Shown: positions 36,187 through 50,900 of the stretch, one piece after another
How the letters are laid out: every line of letters begins with the position of its first letter
Position numbering within the stretch: the first letter of the stretch is position 1
DNA from: Pavona decussata
Lineage: Eukaryota
Direction of reading: 5' to 3'
DNA length: 64,000 nucleotides
Assembly (NCBI GenBank): GCA_977016875.1
Contig: CDRNST010000148.1
Coordinates: 2,418,001 to 2,482,000, forward strand
Notes under the pieces: generated by a model
Told to the model about the DNA's origin: nothing
Seen by the model: only the letters and a program-made list of their open reading frames with translations
The model's database searches: none
Position numbers and translations under genes: made by a program

Positions 36187-36908
36187 TATGCCACTTTCAG
36201 GTTCACTTTGATGTTTTCTGAAACTTTAAAAAGATAGTTAACAAAAAAAAAATAGGCTTCGAAGTTTAATTTCTTGGATTAGTGCTTTGAATTTAAACCG
36301 AGTTCAACTAGAAAGATATGAAAAACGATGACAACTCGGCGATGACATTCATTATAGTGAACGCTACAATCTGAAACAAAGTCAAAATACTTACGAATTA
36401 ATTTACATTTTATTTGTTTTCTATTGCCTCAATTCAAGTTTTAGTTATTTGCTCATCGAGAAAACATTTACACTGGGAAAATTTATTGTAGGTGATAGTA
36501 TTTATATAAGAACAAAACTTTATAATGCATTTTATATTATGTAAGTCTCTATTGCCCCTTTCAGGTTCACCTGGATGTTTTTTGAAACTTTAAAAAGATA
36601 GTTAATAAGAAAACCAGGCGTTAAGGTTTAATTTCGTGGAGTAGTGCCTTGAAATTAAACAGAGTTCAATTAGAAAGACATAAAAAATGACAACGATGAC
36701 ATTCATCACAGTGAACGTTACAATCTGATACAAAGTCAAAATACTTTCGAATTAGTTTGCATTTTATTTGTTTTCTATTGCCTCAATTCAAGGTTTAGCT
36801 ATTTGCTAATCGAGAAAACATTTAAACTGAGAAAATTTATTGTAGGTAATAGTATTTATATAAAAGAAAACTATATAATGCAGTTTATATTATGTAATAT
36901 CTCTATTG
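36187..36908. repeat. Tandem duplication, about 365-bp unit, just 3' of the gene
   Basis: ctttcaggttcac..gaaactttaaaaagatagttaa..caaagtcaaaatactt..ttctattgcctcaattcaag..tttatattatgtaa repeated, starting near 36194 and 36558. Confidence 0.92.
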
Positions 36909-39900
36909 TTGTCTTTATAAAGTTCATAAATTCGTGGTTATTAATTAATTCTTCCTTATGTCATATAATACGCCAGATTATTTATTGAAATATATTTTTG
37001 GGGAATAAGTATGTCAGAACTTTTAGAAAATTAATAAAATGTCTGAGGTATTTCTTTAAGTTCGTACTGAGTTTTGCCTTTTCTTTTAATTTTGCCATGA
37101 AAATTCGTTGCTATTCGTGAATTACAAGTTGTCATTTTGTACTTTTTTGTTCCGATTTTCTAACTTATTTTATTTACATAGATTTTACTTGAAATCGTCA
37201 AATCTTTCCCATTTTTTCCTAAGCGTAATGGCAGCTTGTATGCATGAGGATTACTAACCAATACCTCGTAAAAGAATACTCCCAAGACGTTTAGCCTTGG
37301 TATCTATGAGTTGAAATTTGCAAATTAATTTGAAATATTTTCGGCCAGATTAAACTACATTTCCAGTGTATTCCTTGAGTTCAATTCTAGGACATATATT
37401 ATGAACGGCTGTCATATCCACATGCGACTAAGACTCAAGTAGCCTCGCTCTTAGCCTCGCTCTCGGGATCGTCTTCTTTAAAGCCTTCCATCACTGCGTA
37501 CGCAGAAGACCGCTGGATTTAAATTTTTGTCGCCAGTTATGTTGGACGTTTACGATGCAAAAATATTTCTTCGTTTAAAATGTGGGGAATTATTAATAGG
37601 ATCATTTGCGTTTACTGTGTAAAGCAAATTGATAACTTGACCAAACTGCCTTCTTCCTAAAACCCACAAGGTCAAACAGACTTTGGTAATGAAAATATTT
37701 GGCTAAAAGAAATTATCACTGAACCAAAGGATACTGCATGTATACGGTCTCGATGTGCATGAAACCAATAACATCCAGACCGGCGCTACATGGAACAAGA
37801 CTCTGGAAAGAGAGCTGCATTTTGTGGTCAAGTTCATGAATGGTACGATTCAGTACAACTTGGCCTCTTCGAAGGATCTAAAACATTCCCCGCAATAAGC
37901 ATAAGGGACTAAAGACGGCCCTTGTTATTGAGATATCGTTAACAAGAGCTGAAACGCGACTGTTACAAATTTTCGATTCATATGCAAGCTACTGTGCCAC
38001 TAACAACCAGAACGACATGAAAGAACCCGATCTTACAAACCTTAACGTTGATTTGAACAACTTGGTAAGTAAATGCATTTATAAGATACTGACTGTTTGG
38101 GAAAGTGTAGTTATCCATCCAATGATCATTTTAGCTAAAGCGTTTCTCAGAGTTACCACCATTTGATGTTTACTTGTTTTCTCTATGGTCGCGGCTCATC
38201 TTCTTTAAACGGCTTTAGAGACTGTACAAGAAATACAAACAATTTGAAGCCTTTAACGTCGTTAATTAGACAGGACGAACTAATACGAACACGTGAAAAG
38301 TTCAGTCGCCATTCTTCTCGCAGTGCAAACTTTGAGAATCCTCTAATTGAAGGATTCTGCAGATGACAAATTCCCACTCAAATCTTGCCTCGGTCAGTAT
38401 GGCAAGAGCTCTGAGGTTGAACACTGGCGCAGAAGGCAACCCATTGTGGGGACACATGATTAAGCTTCGGTTACAATGGTCGGTCATTTTCTTCAATAAC
38501 GCGAGTTTGTCTTTCTCTTTGACAAAAGAAAATTCAACAAAGCAGTGATTTGATCGTTGAGTAAGGAACAATGGATCCGTGGGTCTCTCCGAGATAAACA
38601 CGTGCAAATTTTTAATTGTTGGTTGTTTCTTGCATAATTGCTTTTAACATTAAAGACGCATCAATTGGGCTTGTGGCACGCTTCGAAGATGTTAGAAATA
38701 AACTCTTTTCCTGTGTTCCTGCCTGTTGGATACCCTGCATGCACGCATTTTTAAAGATCAGAATTCTTTCCTTGAATCAATGCGTACGTTTCAAGATATT
38801 ACCCAGTTTTGTTAATCCTAAAATTTGCTCGTTAATACCCGAGTTGACCTTTTATGACAGAGGACAATTTAGGCCTCCGTGTCAGGCTGGACGCAAATTA
38901 AATTTGAATTTAAGAAGACAATAAGTTGGCACTTTTTAGTTTCAGTGGGCTGGAAGCTTCTTTCGTTTGCCTTTGAATGAAGCTACGACAAAAAAAAAAA
39001 AAGATGATGTTATCTTTTCATCGATGGAACTCGAATTGGCTACTTCGTACGGCCCGATAAAGGGAGCCAAAATTCGTCCTCCATTAAGTAGGTGATAACG
39101 CAGTGTCCACGTTTTTAGGTTCTGTTACGGTGAGTATTAGTTGTTTATACCAACTACAATCAAGTTTCCTTGAATGTCATCATTATTATTAGTTTTATAT
39201 TTTTGCGTAACTTTGTTCTGTACTCACTTGAATATACTCAGTATCATTTTGACAGCTAATTTATCTTCAATAAAATGACAGAAATTCAATTAAAAAGTCA
39301 TTTGTAGTTTTTTTTAGCAGTTGGTTTATTTAATTGTTTTGCTGTATCAAAAGTCACTTAACTTTTGAATATGTTCCAAAAGTTGCTCACACCTGATAGA
39401 GTCGTACGCCTGAGGCAATTCAAGCTATTTTTGAAATAAAAACTGGAAAGTTTTGTTTTCACAATCATTTGGCCTTTACTTATTCTCAGGAAAATGGATT
39501 CTCTTTTACAACATCGTTAAATACTAGTTTAACTATTTTGATGTGCATTTTCTATTTAAAATAACTTTCTTAATAAACACTGACAACAGTAAACAAAGTA
39601 TATTTAATAATTCTAACCAGAGATCTCAAAATAGCTCTCCACCATTTACCATCGGAAAATTACAATTGCCATTTTAAAAAGTGTCCTAAACAAAATATTC
39701 TTATGATTTTCACCTTTGAATTCGTTAAGTTCATATTTAGGTATAATATTCAGAAATTCATATTTTTACATTCATGTTAGTCTACACTTAATGGTCTAAA
39801 TTTGTCTTGTTAAGTTCGTATCAGACTGAAGGAACAGTTTGTTTAAGTTGCCAGATGTCGTAATGTGTTCCTTGCAGTCTTATATTTGCCTCTAACGCCT

Positions 39901-42900
39901 AGGGTAACTCTTTCTTGATACAATCGATGCTTTTAATTTCACTTTTAACAATGGATAACCTTAGAACTCGTTGTATCATCTCCCGAATGTTCTGATAAAG
40001 GCGGTTCGCTAATGCATTGTCGCGTCGTGAAAATTGCTCAAAAACAACATGAGCACAGACAATTGTGAGTTCTATTAGATTACAAACCAGTCACAGTAAT
40101 TGCCAACACTTAGGTTATTTTTCTCGTGGGAAATACTCTTATGCTGTGACTTCGCAAATTAAAGCAACAATCGAATCAACGAGGCCGGCTACAGTGAAAT
40201 TGATTCAAGGACAAAAGCCGGACTGGTTTTACCACACCTTGCCAGCTGATGTATGCTTTCAAAGGAGAGGAAATTTTACACACCACAAATTGGTTAGGCA
40301 TTTAAATGTGTGAAAAAGGAGGAAAGCAGTTATGCTCCATAGCAATTATATCACCTTCTGCTTTTAGAAGACATGGAATTGGCCGCATGAATATAGGTTT
40401 TAAAAGTGTAAAAATTAAATAGGGATTTGCTACAATTGATGCAAAGTTCCTTAATCGATGGAAATAATGAGCCCAGTTATGGCAAAGGTGTCCCTTTAGC
40501 TTATTTCAAGAACTCATTTGTTTAATGTATTATTTTGAAATACTAGCAATTAAAGTTGCTCCTTGATAGACCTGGTCTGAAAAAGTGAGTCTTTTTGTTT
40601 TAGGAGTGAACAAGGCCGCAAAGCATTTTGAAAGTCTCTTGGTTGTCAAGGAAACATAAGAGGCCTGTCACATTGAAAAGATGCAGTGAGCGATTGATTA
40701 GCCTCAATGATGTGCGCTTGAAGATTTGGAGTCCTCATCAACGCCTATTTGCCCTTTTCCCCATAGCTCATTTTGTTACTATAATCAGGTTTTCCGACGA
40801 AAACTTGAAAATTCGTAACTATTTATTTGACTGCACGGTTTTAAAATCGTCGTATTTCTTGTTAAAACTCAACTCTCACAAGGCCCCCTGCCAGCAGAAA
40901 AACCGATGGGATAATTATCCAAGAATTCTCTCGTGAGAAAATTTTTGCTGAATTGTTAATTTGAATTTCGATTTTAGTCAGTCAGTTAGTTCTGAAGCAT
41001 TTTATCTATAGCATTGCTGAGCATGGATCAATTGCTAACAACTATTCTTCTTTATGTCGCAGTTATGCGCAATTTGACGAGTTGGTATTCGGTACTTTTG
41101 AACACATTTCAGAATTATTTTTTTGTGAAAGTATAAATGGATCACTCCGGTCCATGATGTGACATTACTGGGAATGGTGATAGCTCGCCGCACACTTATC
41201 TTAGCATATTGACTGGGACACAAAAAAGATCTCTACAAGTTCACTTTCATGTTAGAATGACATCTTCAATGAGAAAGCGATAACCATTTCAGTAGTAATT
41301 AACATTAAGCATGCTATTTGTTATTTTTTTCTTTTATCGCAGATTCTTGCTAGCTCGGACCTTGGGCTTCTAGGTTTTCTTTCTATAAACCGGAACCGAA
41401 TGCAGTTTCATTGCTGACTCTTTTTCCAGAGTTACGTTGTCTTATAACCATGGACAACTCAATATTTTGTGAAATCGATAAATACTCCGCTTCCCCTAAC
41501 GTATACAGCCCCTGGGATTCTCCAAAAGAACACAGAGCTTGGAATCTCATTACTACTTAAATTGCAACTATAGTTAAATACAATTTTTTAAGAAGAGGGA
41601 GTTTGTTCCCCATTCCTGGGTAATCATCGAATACTCTTGTTAATTTTTGAGGCTTCTAATGTCCGTGTTAGTAATTTTTAAGTTTTTTTTTCAGTACATT
41701 TTTTCCAGAAGGCTGATTGCTTTGAGTAACGAAATGATACGAGACTTCATCACCAAACGTTATTTTTTGTATTAATTTACACCTTCATGCGTAAGTGTCG
41801 AATGTTTATCCCATGCATCTTTAAATTCCTTCTTAATTGAAAGTTCGTCTTTGCCTAATTTAATTAATTTCAATAAACTGTTTTTAGCAGTTACTTTGTT
41901 TGTATAATTTTTGCCTTGACAAATAATATATAAAGAGATAAAGTCGTTGGAAAACTCAGTTTGACCGCTAACTTACATGTTTTTAATGTTTTTTTTTTTC
42001 TCAACGTTCCTTCTTTGCGACGATCTTTTAATTTAATCGGGAATAACAGGGAAAATGCTTAAATTAGACTGTGTTTTTCTAATAGCTCCAACAGCAGTTC
42101 AATTTCCTATTTATCCCACGCAAAGCCTAATGAACTTCGACAGTCTTCGGTCGGCGATGACACTACAAGCTCGACAAACGAAACTAAAATATCATGTACG
42201 CCAAATAAACGAACGACAAATTAATTTGAACTTTTGCGCGACACAAGCTTACTTTGTACAAATATGCTATTTGAATATTTCCCCAGCGATCGTATTTTTC
42301 AACGGGTATAAATCTTTCATTAACTCCTATATTAACTCGATTTTATTTCCATTGCATGTAGGCAAAGGCCTTAAATGAGTTTTAAAGGCCAGATCAAGTA
42401 GAATTAGTCCAAAAATTACGTATCGATGGGAATCAGTGTGTTCGGTATCCAGCCAGACGCTAACTCACTCTTCTCATTAACTTTTGAGTTCATCTGGTCA
42501 ATTCTTCTCCAGTATACGAAAATAAAATATTTTTCCTTAGAAGTAGTAGTTTCAAACTGAATAATGTCTCTCTTCTCTTTATCTTTTGTTAGTTCGACTT
42601 CAGTCGGAAAATGCGAATTTCCCCCGCTTTGGAAAGTGATCTTAAAAACTTAAATTCAGCCGTCGTTAAAAAATATATTCGCTCTTTTTTGACAGGTGGT
42701 AGAATACTTATTTTCGTGGTATTTATAACATTTTCTTTCAATATGTGCTTACAAACGGAAGATTTCTTCAAATTTTGCTTAAACCGCCGGGGGAAGAACT
42801 TTCCCTTACACTGGCCTACATATGATGAAAATCCAATAAACGTCCATTGCTGTATTGTGGTAGATATAATTTTATATAACCTTTGCAGTAGAAACGAGGG

Positions 42901-43739
42901 AGGAAAGGGTATCCGTTTTTGTGGTTGGAAACTTTATGATTATCTCGCCTTATTCTGATTATGAGATAGTGCTAAAACAAACTTGCTTATTTTTGTTTCT
43001 AGGAGCCCAATGAAACTCATTTTCAAAACAACATTTCATAAGTTTGAAAAAACGTTTATTAATTTGTTTCTTAGCAAAGCATTTATATTTTTACAGCCTT
43101 ACATCACTTTTCTCGAGCTGAGTTGGCCAGCTAGAAATTATTTACATGGAGCATTTTCAAATGTATATATTTGTACAATACAACCTTATTTCGTTAACAC
43201 GAGTCTCACATTTCTTTTTCCTCTCATAAATACAGAGTTTTCCACGCGTTCAAAGCTTTCTTAAACCACAGTGTCGAATTTTTCTCATCCATGCAGTTTC
43301 CTTATATTGATACAGGTGTTATGTTGTTATGTACAGCATTCTTCTAATCCCTATCCACTAAGTTAGTATACTTATCGATAACACAATACGTCACAGTATG
43401 TTTTTAAAACGTTTCGGCCTCTTATCGTAAGAGCAAAATGAAATTATAACAAAAGTTAAGTCAGAAGGAGTAGCATTCTTCATTCTGAAAAAAGATAGCC
43501 CTATTTTTGTTATAGATGTCCAGCCGTAAGTCTTGGTTTCAGTGTAGACAGAATTCTGTTGCTTGAAATAAGTAGTGACCCTCTCTTTAAGTCTTTTGTA
43601 AAAAGAGTGCCTTATGAACCGATAGGCTCTATATTATGTTATTTGTTTTTTGATCGGCTCAAAGGCGGAGCAAATATTGTTCCAGAACGGACAATCGAGC
43701 TCGATAAAATTCGCAAGGTCTTGCAAAAATGCGTTAAAT

Positions 43740-44811
43740 TTATACTAGGTGATCACTTTCTTCCAGTTGACCATTGCTTAGGCCATGGCATTCACCCACA
43801 CTAATCCCGCCGGAACTTTTTGGAGGTTGCGACGAGGCCTTTTCTTCGGCTTGTTGGCGTTTCCATTTCGTCCTTCTGTTCTGGAACCAAACTTTGATTT
43901 GCGTCTCGGAGAGGTTTAGAAATGATGCCAGCTGTTTACGCTCTGTCCCAACGATGTAGTGGTTCTTTTCAAAGGCATTTTCCAAATGAAGAAGCTGCGT
44001 TGGAGTAAAGGCTGTCCGGATACGCTTGGGCCTGCGACATGCTACAAAACCTTCGCAAGAACAGAAAAAAGAAAATCATTGATGAGAATGGAAGCCAGGA
44101 ATATATCCTTAATAGTTTACTCATGGGAGTCATGCATACCGCTCGAGGCACTGTTTTTTACGGAGGAAACCACTCGTGTTTTAGTTCGCGCAGTTAGCTG
44201 CGTGCTTTCACCAGCGTAAATTGGTGTTTTGTTTCAGAGAAAGTGATGGAAAATTATCATTATAGAAGTTAAACAAATTACAACCCTGCAGGAAAATGCT
44301 CTCTTATGCTCATCATCAGCCGTGTATATCGCTCGTAATTAATCCTAGACGCGAGTCTAGAAACAGTTTTCTCATTTTTCTCGCCTAGAGAAATTGTGAA
44401 GTCATCGCTTAAAGATATCTGCGTTAAAGTTTACTTTTTCTCCGAATGATACCGTATTATGCAGGTGGAGAAGCAAAGTATGCGGTGACTTACTTATCTA
44501 CGGAATTCAGATTAAGTGTCAAGAAGGGAAGTGAATTGAGTCTTACCACTGTGTAGTGTGCCGGCGGTATAGCTGCAGTTCAAGTCGTGCACATATCGAT
44601 GGCTTGACGCACAAGGGTAGAACGAGAACGATCCAGAATTGTAGGCGGACAGACTGTGTAGAGGATGCGAATCAAACCTCACGGCCATGGGATAATCTGT
44701 TTGGGATTTGTAGCTTGCGTAGCTCTGTTGCGCGGAGGAAGGTTGTAGTGCCGAGTTCGGTCTGTACATGGAGTTGATAAACGACGACTGCGAGCCTTCA
44801 TATGCATGCAT
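43740..44811 (-). CDS. emx: Emx (empty spiracles) family homeobox transcription factor, 188 aa, 2 exons
   Basis: Exons 44811-44547 (G|gtaaga) and 44041-43740 (ttttgtag|), phase 1; homeodomain [60 protein letters not shown] with Emx-diagnostic KRIRTAF, FEKNHY and ERKQLA. Confidence 0.95.
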
Positions 44812-44872
44812 CTTTGAGCCAGTTGAGAGCTGGGCTGTGGTCGGTGTGGTTTTCTCGAGTTCTGGTTTAAGA

Positions 44873-44906
44873 GTGACTGCTTCTTACAAGCAATCCAATT
44901 ATATAG
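44873..44906 (-). promoter_or_regulatory. Emx core promoter (TATA plus Inr-like)
   Basis: Minus strand CTATATAA (44906-44899), then GCAGTC about 25 nt downstream, about 65 nt before the ATG; TAAT/ATTA cluster immediately upstream. Confidence 0.5.
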
Positions 44907-47900
44907 CTTACAATTTAATTATTATTACAATACATTGTTCCCATTTTCAATTAATGACTTGGAACTAATTAAAAGTATAAGCAGCGAAAAAATACAAGCT
45001 GCCGGATGCCTCATTGTAATGAAAACTGTGAAATTTGGAAATTAGGTTCGAGGTAAAGCTTCAACTGAGGAACAATAAACACTCGCCAATTTGCGGCCAA
45101 GCAAACAGCTCAGAATGATCAACAACCGAGATGAACGGGTCATTTGCAATTTCATTTTTATTGACGTCTTGGCTCTATTAAGCCAATGATAGCCGGGAAC
45201 AGATGATGAAAATTTTAAAATAGGAGAAAATGCTTCTTTCAATGAAATTAAATATAAACACGATACGAAAATCTGAATGATATGTTGTTTGGCGCAAATT
45301 CTTCCCTAATAAAGTAAAGCACGAGACAGGTTAATCAAGGTAGGCTCAAATTAACTTCCAGTTAAGATGCGTCCGGGATGTTTAGTGAGCAAAAATAATA
45401 AAGGTGTCAAATGATTATGAGATTCGAGAATCAGAATTTAAGAATGAATGCTACAAATTGTGATTTGTCAAAGAACTAAATGGGATCAGCGATTTCTTTA
45501 TCAGTCTTTGTTTCGTTTGCTTTCAAACTCAGAACCCGATTCTATTTTCAATGAAAACCACCATATGGTAAACTCAAAATAGCTTCATTACATTTTAATA
45601 ATCTCCCGTCGAATCTGTTTGGAAATTCACTAAATAATGAATTTCACTTAAGCACTGAAGTTTAGGGCATTAGCGCAAAAGAAAATACAGCACTGCCGCG
45701 CGTCCAAATTGTAACTCTTAGAATGACCAGCTCAAAATGCCATACCGATATGTTAAGAAGACCGCGTTCGGTTAACTTCGTGGTCTTAACCTATTAGCGC
45801 TCTACAAAAGACTACCTTTGTTTGTTTGAACAAAGATTGCCCATGGTTTATAAAGAAAGGCATTCGGTCTTCACAGTTCATTTATTTAAGCTAAGTAAAT
45901 TTCAATTAGGAAATATCCGGTAGCTTTTTGATACTTTCTCTACACAAAGTGAAAGTGTTAGCGAAATTTCCTTTACCGTTGTTGACCGATTTTTCAGCGT
46001 TTTTTGATGTACATTTATTGGCGGAGAAGAATGTTCTTAACAAAATTATTTCGTCAAGAAAACACCACTCTCACTTGAAATAAAACAAAGAGATATATTT
46101 TGGTGTAGCTTCCTAAAACATCGGAACTTCGTGGATGCTTTGCTTTATCCAGGTGAAAACTGAAATTCATTCACTATTTAATGCTTCAGTTTTAGCTCTT
46201 AAAGTGAATAAAATAATCTTGAATAAAATCGTCAAATTTCTTCGCACTTTTCGCCTTTTACGCTGTTCAAAATTTAATGAGATTTAAAAACATCTTCTAA
46301 GCTCTTAAAAGCAAATCTGAGATGATACTTTAGCGGCGAGCTGTTTATTTATATTTTATTTTACTCACTTGAACAGCGAGAAAAACTCTACTTAAAACCG
46401 TGGGATAATCAATTCTTTGCCTAAAAGTTGTGGTAATTTCGACGAAATAAACAGGCTTATTACAAGACTAGTCTATGCTGATCTACATACGTGCACCATA
46501 CGGACTATTTTTGTCTCGCTCCAAATGGAATACGAATTAGGCTATAAGAGAGGCTTTACGGTGAAATAATCATACTAAAGTTCGAGTAAATTAAGGGAGA
46601 TGACCTACTGCTGCGAATGAAAAGAAGGGATTGAAATTTTCATAATGGACGCAAAGCAAAACAGAACTGGGGGGTAAATGTGAACACACCCGAGTGAAAA
46701 AATGCTACTTTAAAAGTATTATTTTAAAATTAATTTCTGTGTGGAAGAAAACAGAACTGAAAGAGCTTAGACAGTTGACATAGTAGTTACAATTTTTTTT
46801 TCTCGATCGATTTAACACAGTGTCGATTGAAGTTCTGCTTTTCCGGATCAACCAATCTTTAAATTGCAAATCGATAATTCTGAATTTGTAAACTTCATCG
46901 TTTTTGTTCATACAGGTGAACCAGAATTACTGCTAATCAATCTAATCGTTACGTCATAACTTTAGCCCTTTTTCTTCTCTTTGTCGAACATTCAGCGACA
47001 TTATCTTTGCTTCTTTTAGCATTAAAAGGTTCAGCGATTTTGAATAAAAGATTTATGATATATTGTAATTGAGTTAAGTACGCGCTTCCGTGCGTAAAGG
47101 TTTTGCAGCTCCATGGGAAAGCCACATCTGTCCACCGCTGTTTGGCAAACACACCCCCGTACATTTTTCATAAGCTTGTTTATACAAGATGCAAACATCA
47201 ACCACACAGAGCCATTTGCCTTCACCATCATCGGCAAACGATCTTTTAAGTTTCTTAACCTGAATAAAAGAAGAATTAAGTTTTGACGAGTCAATTTCGC
47301 TGTCGAAAAACCGACCGACAGTTCTGCCACGACATCGTAGCTAGCTTTATTGCTAAGCTTAAAGATTCAAGAGTTCAATGGACTTGGTGTGTATAAAGCT
47401 AATGAAAGCTATCTGTAGCCAACTAAAGTTTCAGGAAGTAGTGAAACTTGCCATTGAATTTTGAAGTTCCACAGCTGTGGGAAAAATGAACAGAGACAAT
47501 AGCTAGATAGGAGCGAGATTAGCGCTTCAGCAAAAAAGTCGGATTAGTGCTCTATCCATCACTTAATGTAACTTAACTTAGCCCATAAATTTGTGAAAAA
47601 AGTTGGTTTCCAACCTTTACCCTTTAATGGTCAATCTCTAAACTCTCCTTACAGCCAATGCTTTAGAGGAAGCAGGTGGTGATAAGAATAATTTCATTAT
47701 AAGAAAACACATTTGTTCCTCGATGAACCGCTGAATTCTCATAACTATACTCAATTAAAAATGCATTAGTTAGTAATGAGAATTAAATTCTAGTTTCAGA
47801 ACGAACAAGTTAAAACCTTTTTCTGTGCGAAATCAAGGCCATGTTTTTTCTGAGGCAAGAATTTGTTTGAAAAGATCGACGGCGCGTAGGTTTTGAGGCA

Positions 47901-50900
47901 ATAGAGGTGAATATTTTTATAGAAACTGTGCGGTATAAATTTAAATTTATTATTATTTATTAAACGCATTAATTAGCAATTATTGTTCTTGATAATATGA
48001 GAAATACCATTCCATGATTGGCTGTTACAAGGCTACGTATCATTGGGTATTTCACCAAGTCATTATTTATCTTGTTTTCATCCCGTGGTCACGAAAAAGA
48101 AAATCTGAAAGTTAAAAACATCCTGCAGTTCCGACAAATGAATTGTTGTTCTTATCAACAGTGTTCTTTTGCCTTGCGCACCGTTAGAGAGATCCCTGGA
48201 CGAGTCTAATATGCGGCCATCTTGTTTTTTTTTCCCATCGTTTTAGTACGCATTCGAAATAAAAGCAACCATGTCATGAGGTTTCTCACAAAAAAGAAAC
48301 ACCCGAAAATAGGAAATATGATGAACGATTTCTAAACAAGGTAGCAAATATCATTTTCATTCAATAACAGCAAACTGAAACCGATCAAAGAAAATGCTCA
48401 CATTTCAGGAACCAAGAAGTTTACCACGAGTTTCATGTTTCCTCGGGACTAATCATTACATGTAGTTAAGGTCAAGGGAAGACTTTAGAAATCACACAAA
48501 GGTCTAATCACGTGACTCAACGCAAGTGACTCTTGGCTTTCTGGAAACTTGCAAATTTGCAAACAAAGAGTCAACTTGTTCTTAATTAATTGGAGCGAAA
48601 AAGCAACCTTATTTACTTATGGATTGATGCTTTCTGATTTCAGGAGCAGTGCTGACATTAAACACTCTGTTCTATAATTCCTTGATTCGCCATTCAATCG
48701 TTCTGCTCATGAATAAACATTCGACGAATGTCAGTTTAAGCGAAATGTAGTCGTACTTGTACATCTCAGTTGACTATCATATTTCGGCAATTGTCAAAGA
48801 TGCCCAAAATAAAGAGATACCTAGTGATCGACTATCTCATTTATTCTTGTTCCAGAATATCATGTGTACACAAAGTATGTCAAAGGCGCACTAAACGAAA
48901 CTAAAGAATACCTTAAACCTTTCAGACTTTTTAAAACCTCTATGTTAAAATCCAAGCCTTTGCGCGTGACAGGTAGAGTCGTGTTCAAAATTCCAAAGCC
49001 AGACGAAGGATGGTTAAGATTTCGGGGAATTGGAGGCTCGACTCTCACTTTCCCTAAATCTTAATCATTCTTTGGCTGCATCTTTATGGTTAACATCAAA
49101 CTTCTGGCGTTAGATGTACTTCTCCGTCTAATATATTTACATGAGTGTATGATATTGTCATGGTATAACTTAGCTGTAGATCTAGACTTTCTTATATACA
49201 ATTAGTTATTTCAGTACAATTGCACTTTCCATGTTTAAAAAATAAACTAAGAATGCTGAAATGTTATCCATTAAAAAGCGGTTAAATCGATGTATTATTA
49301 AAAGTTTTAATAGTCATAACTTATGGGTGGTAATCTTTTTTTGTCCATAATATTCGCTTTAGGTTTGAAAAACTGTTTACAATGCAAGGCAAAAAAATTA
49401 TTAAATACTTTGAAAAGAAAAACTAAACGTGACGTTCAACTTAATGAAGACATCTTCAGAGTTAAAGAATATCTTTAATTTTTTATTTTGTACAAACAGT
49501 GCGAGCTGCCTCGTTTTATGAAAATTTTATAACAAATAAAATAATTTGCCGTGAATGAGATATCTTGAGCACTTTTTGAAACCGATAATTTTGCGTCAAT
49601 CTTAATATGCTCTTTGCGAAAGTTTTCCAACAGAGTGTAAATTTTTAATTCAAATTCATCATTTATACTTACGACTTTAAGGCCCTGTTTAAACAAATGA
49701 ATTTGCGTTTTCAATCGCAATTTTTTTTGCGTGTTCATGTTCTGTCCAGGCTACACGAACATGGATAGGAAACGGAAGCTTTTGAGAACAGTCTTTAGGG
49801 TAAAATCTTTTAAAAACACCCGTTGAAAACGAACACTTTGGAAAACGCGTGACGGAGGTGCTCAAAATGTCCTTCTTTCTTTTTTGTTTTTTAGGCAATG
49901 ATAAATTATACCTTCATGTTACCCATAAAGTAGCTAGTATATAAGGTTTATTTCTACACCGGCAAAGAATTTTATACCCGATAGCTGTAAACACAACCGT
50001 AGACTGGCCGTTTTCTCAAAAATGGTGCTATCACCCGAAGCTAAGCAACAATCATTCAGCATTCTCTGCCTGCAAAGATCGCAGAGATCCATGGGAGGTG
50101 CGCTTATCAAAAGTCTCTAAACGTTCAGAGTCATTCTCAAAACTGGTAAACGGGAAAAACAGACAGAATTATATTTCAGAAACAGACTGAGACGGCTGCC
50201 TTGGTTTGCCTTTAGTTCGCTATATGGACCTGGATTGAAGTACTGGACTTGTTTTTACTTCAATAACAGCAATTACCGCAGGCAGAGATAATTGCTCGTT
50301 GTAATAGACAAAAATAGTATAAGATGAATAGAAATGCTTTGCTGAGAAAATTAATGACCCATTTCTCTCACACGTTTCTCTATAGATGTGCTTTTAAATT
50401 GAATCTTTTTTCCTTTAACGTGGACACGCTGTTTTTCCCTCGTTTCAATTATGTTCCAGCGAATTAAACAGCTTGGGTTTCATGACCAAGCCTATCGCTC
50501 TGTGGTAATTCAGAGAGATCTTGTGTTTGTTGGGTACCAGAAACACGTGAAAACACCAGGGCTTTTAATGCAATATTGTCAATTCACAGCGTAATTTTTG
50601 AATGAGATTCTTTGTTCGAAAACTCGGCATTGTTTTGAACAGCGTGAAGACATTTTCGCTCAATTGACGCTAAGTAATCTATCCTCGGCTTCTGAAGCGA
50701 CAAACTCTTGTTTTGTGTGTGAAATGTAACTGATCTATAACCATTGGTCATTGAACACTATTTGTAGTTTTATTTGCATGTTTGACACCTGGAAAATATA
50801 TCAAAGGTTTGAAACTGTAAATGGTTTGATAATCATTGCACTAATCCCTCTCAGTTAGCGGCAAAATCTACGTGTATCTTTTTGTGTGTACATGGCAAAA

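Noticed and set aside
38163-43264. Assorted 60-115-aa ORFs downstream of Emx
   Set aside because: AT-rich, mostly non-ATG starts, no domains or consistent exon chain.
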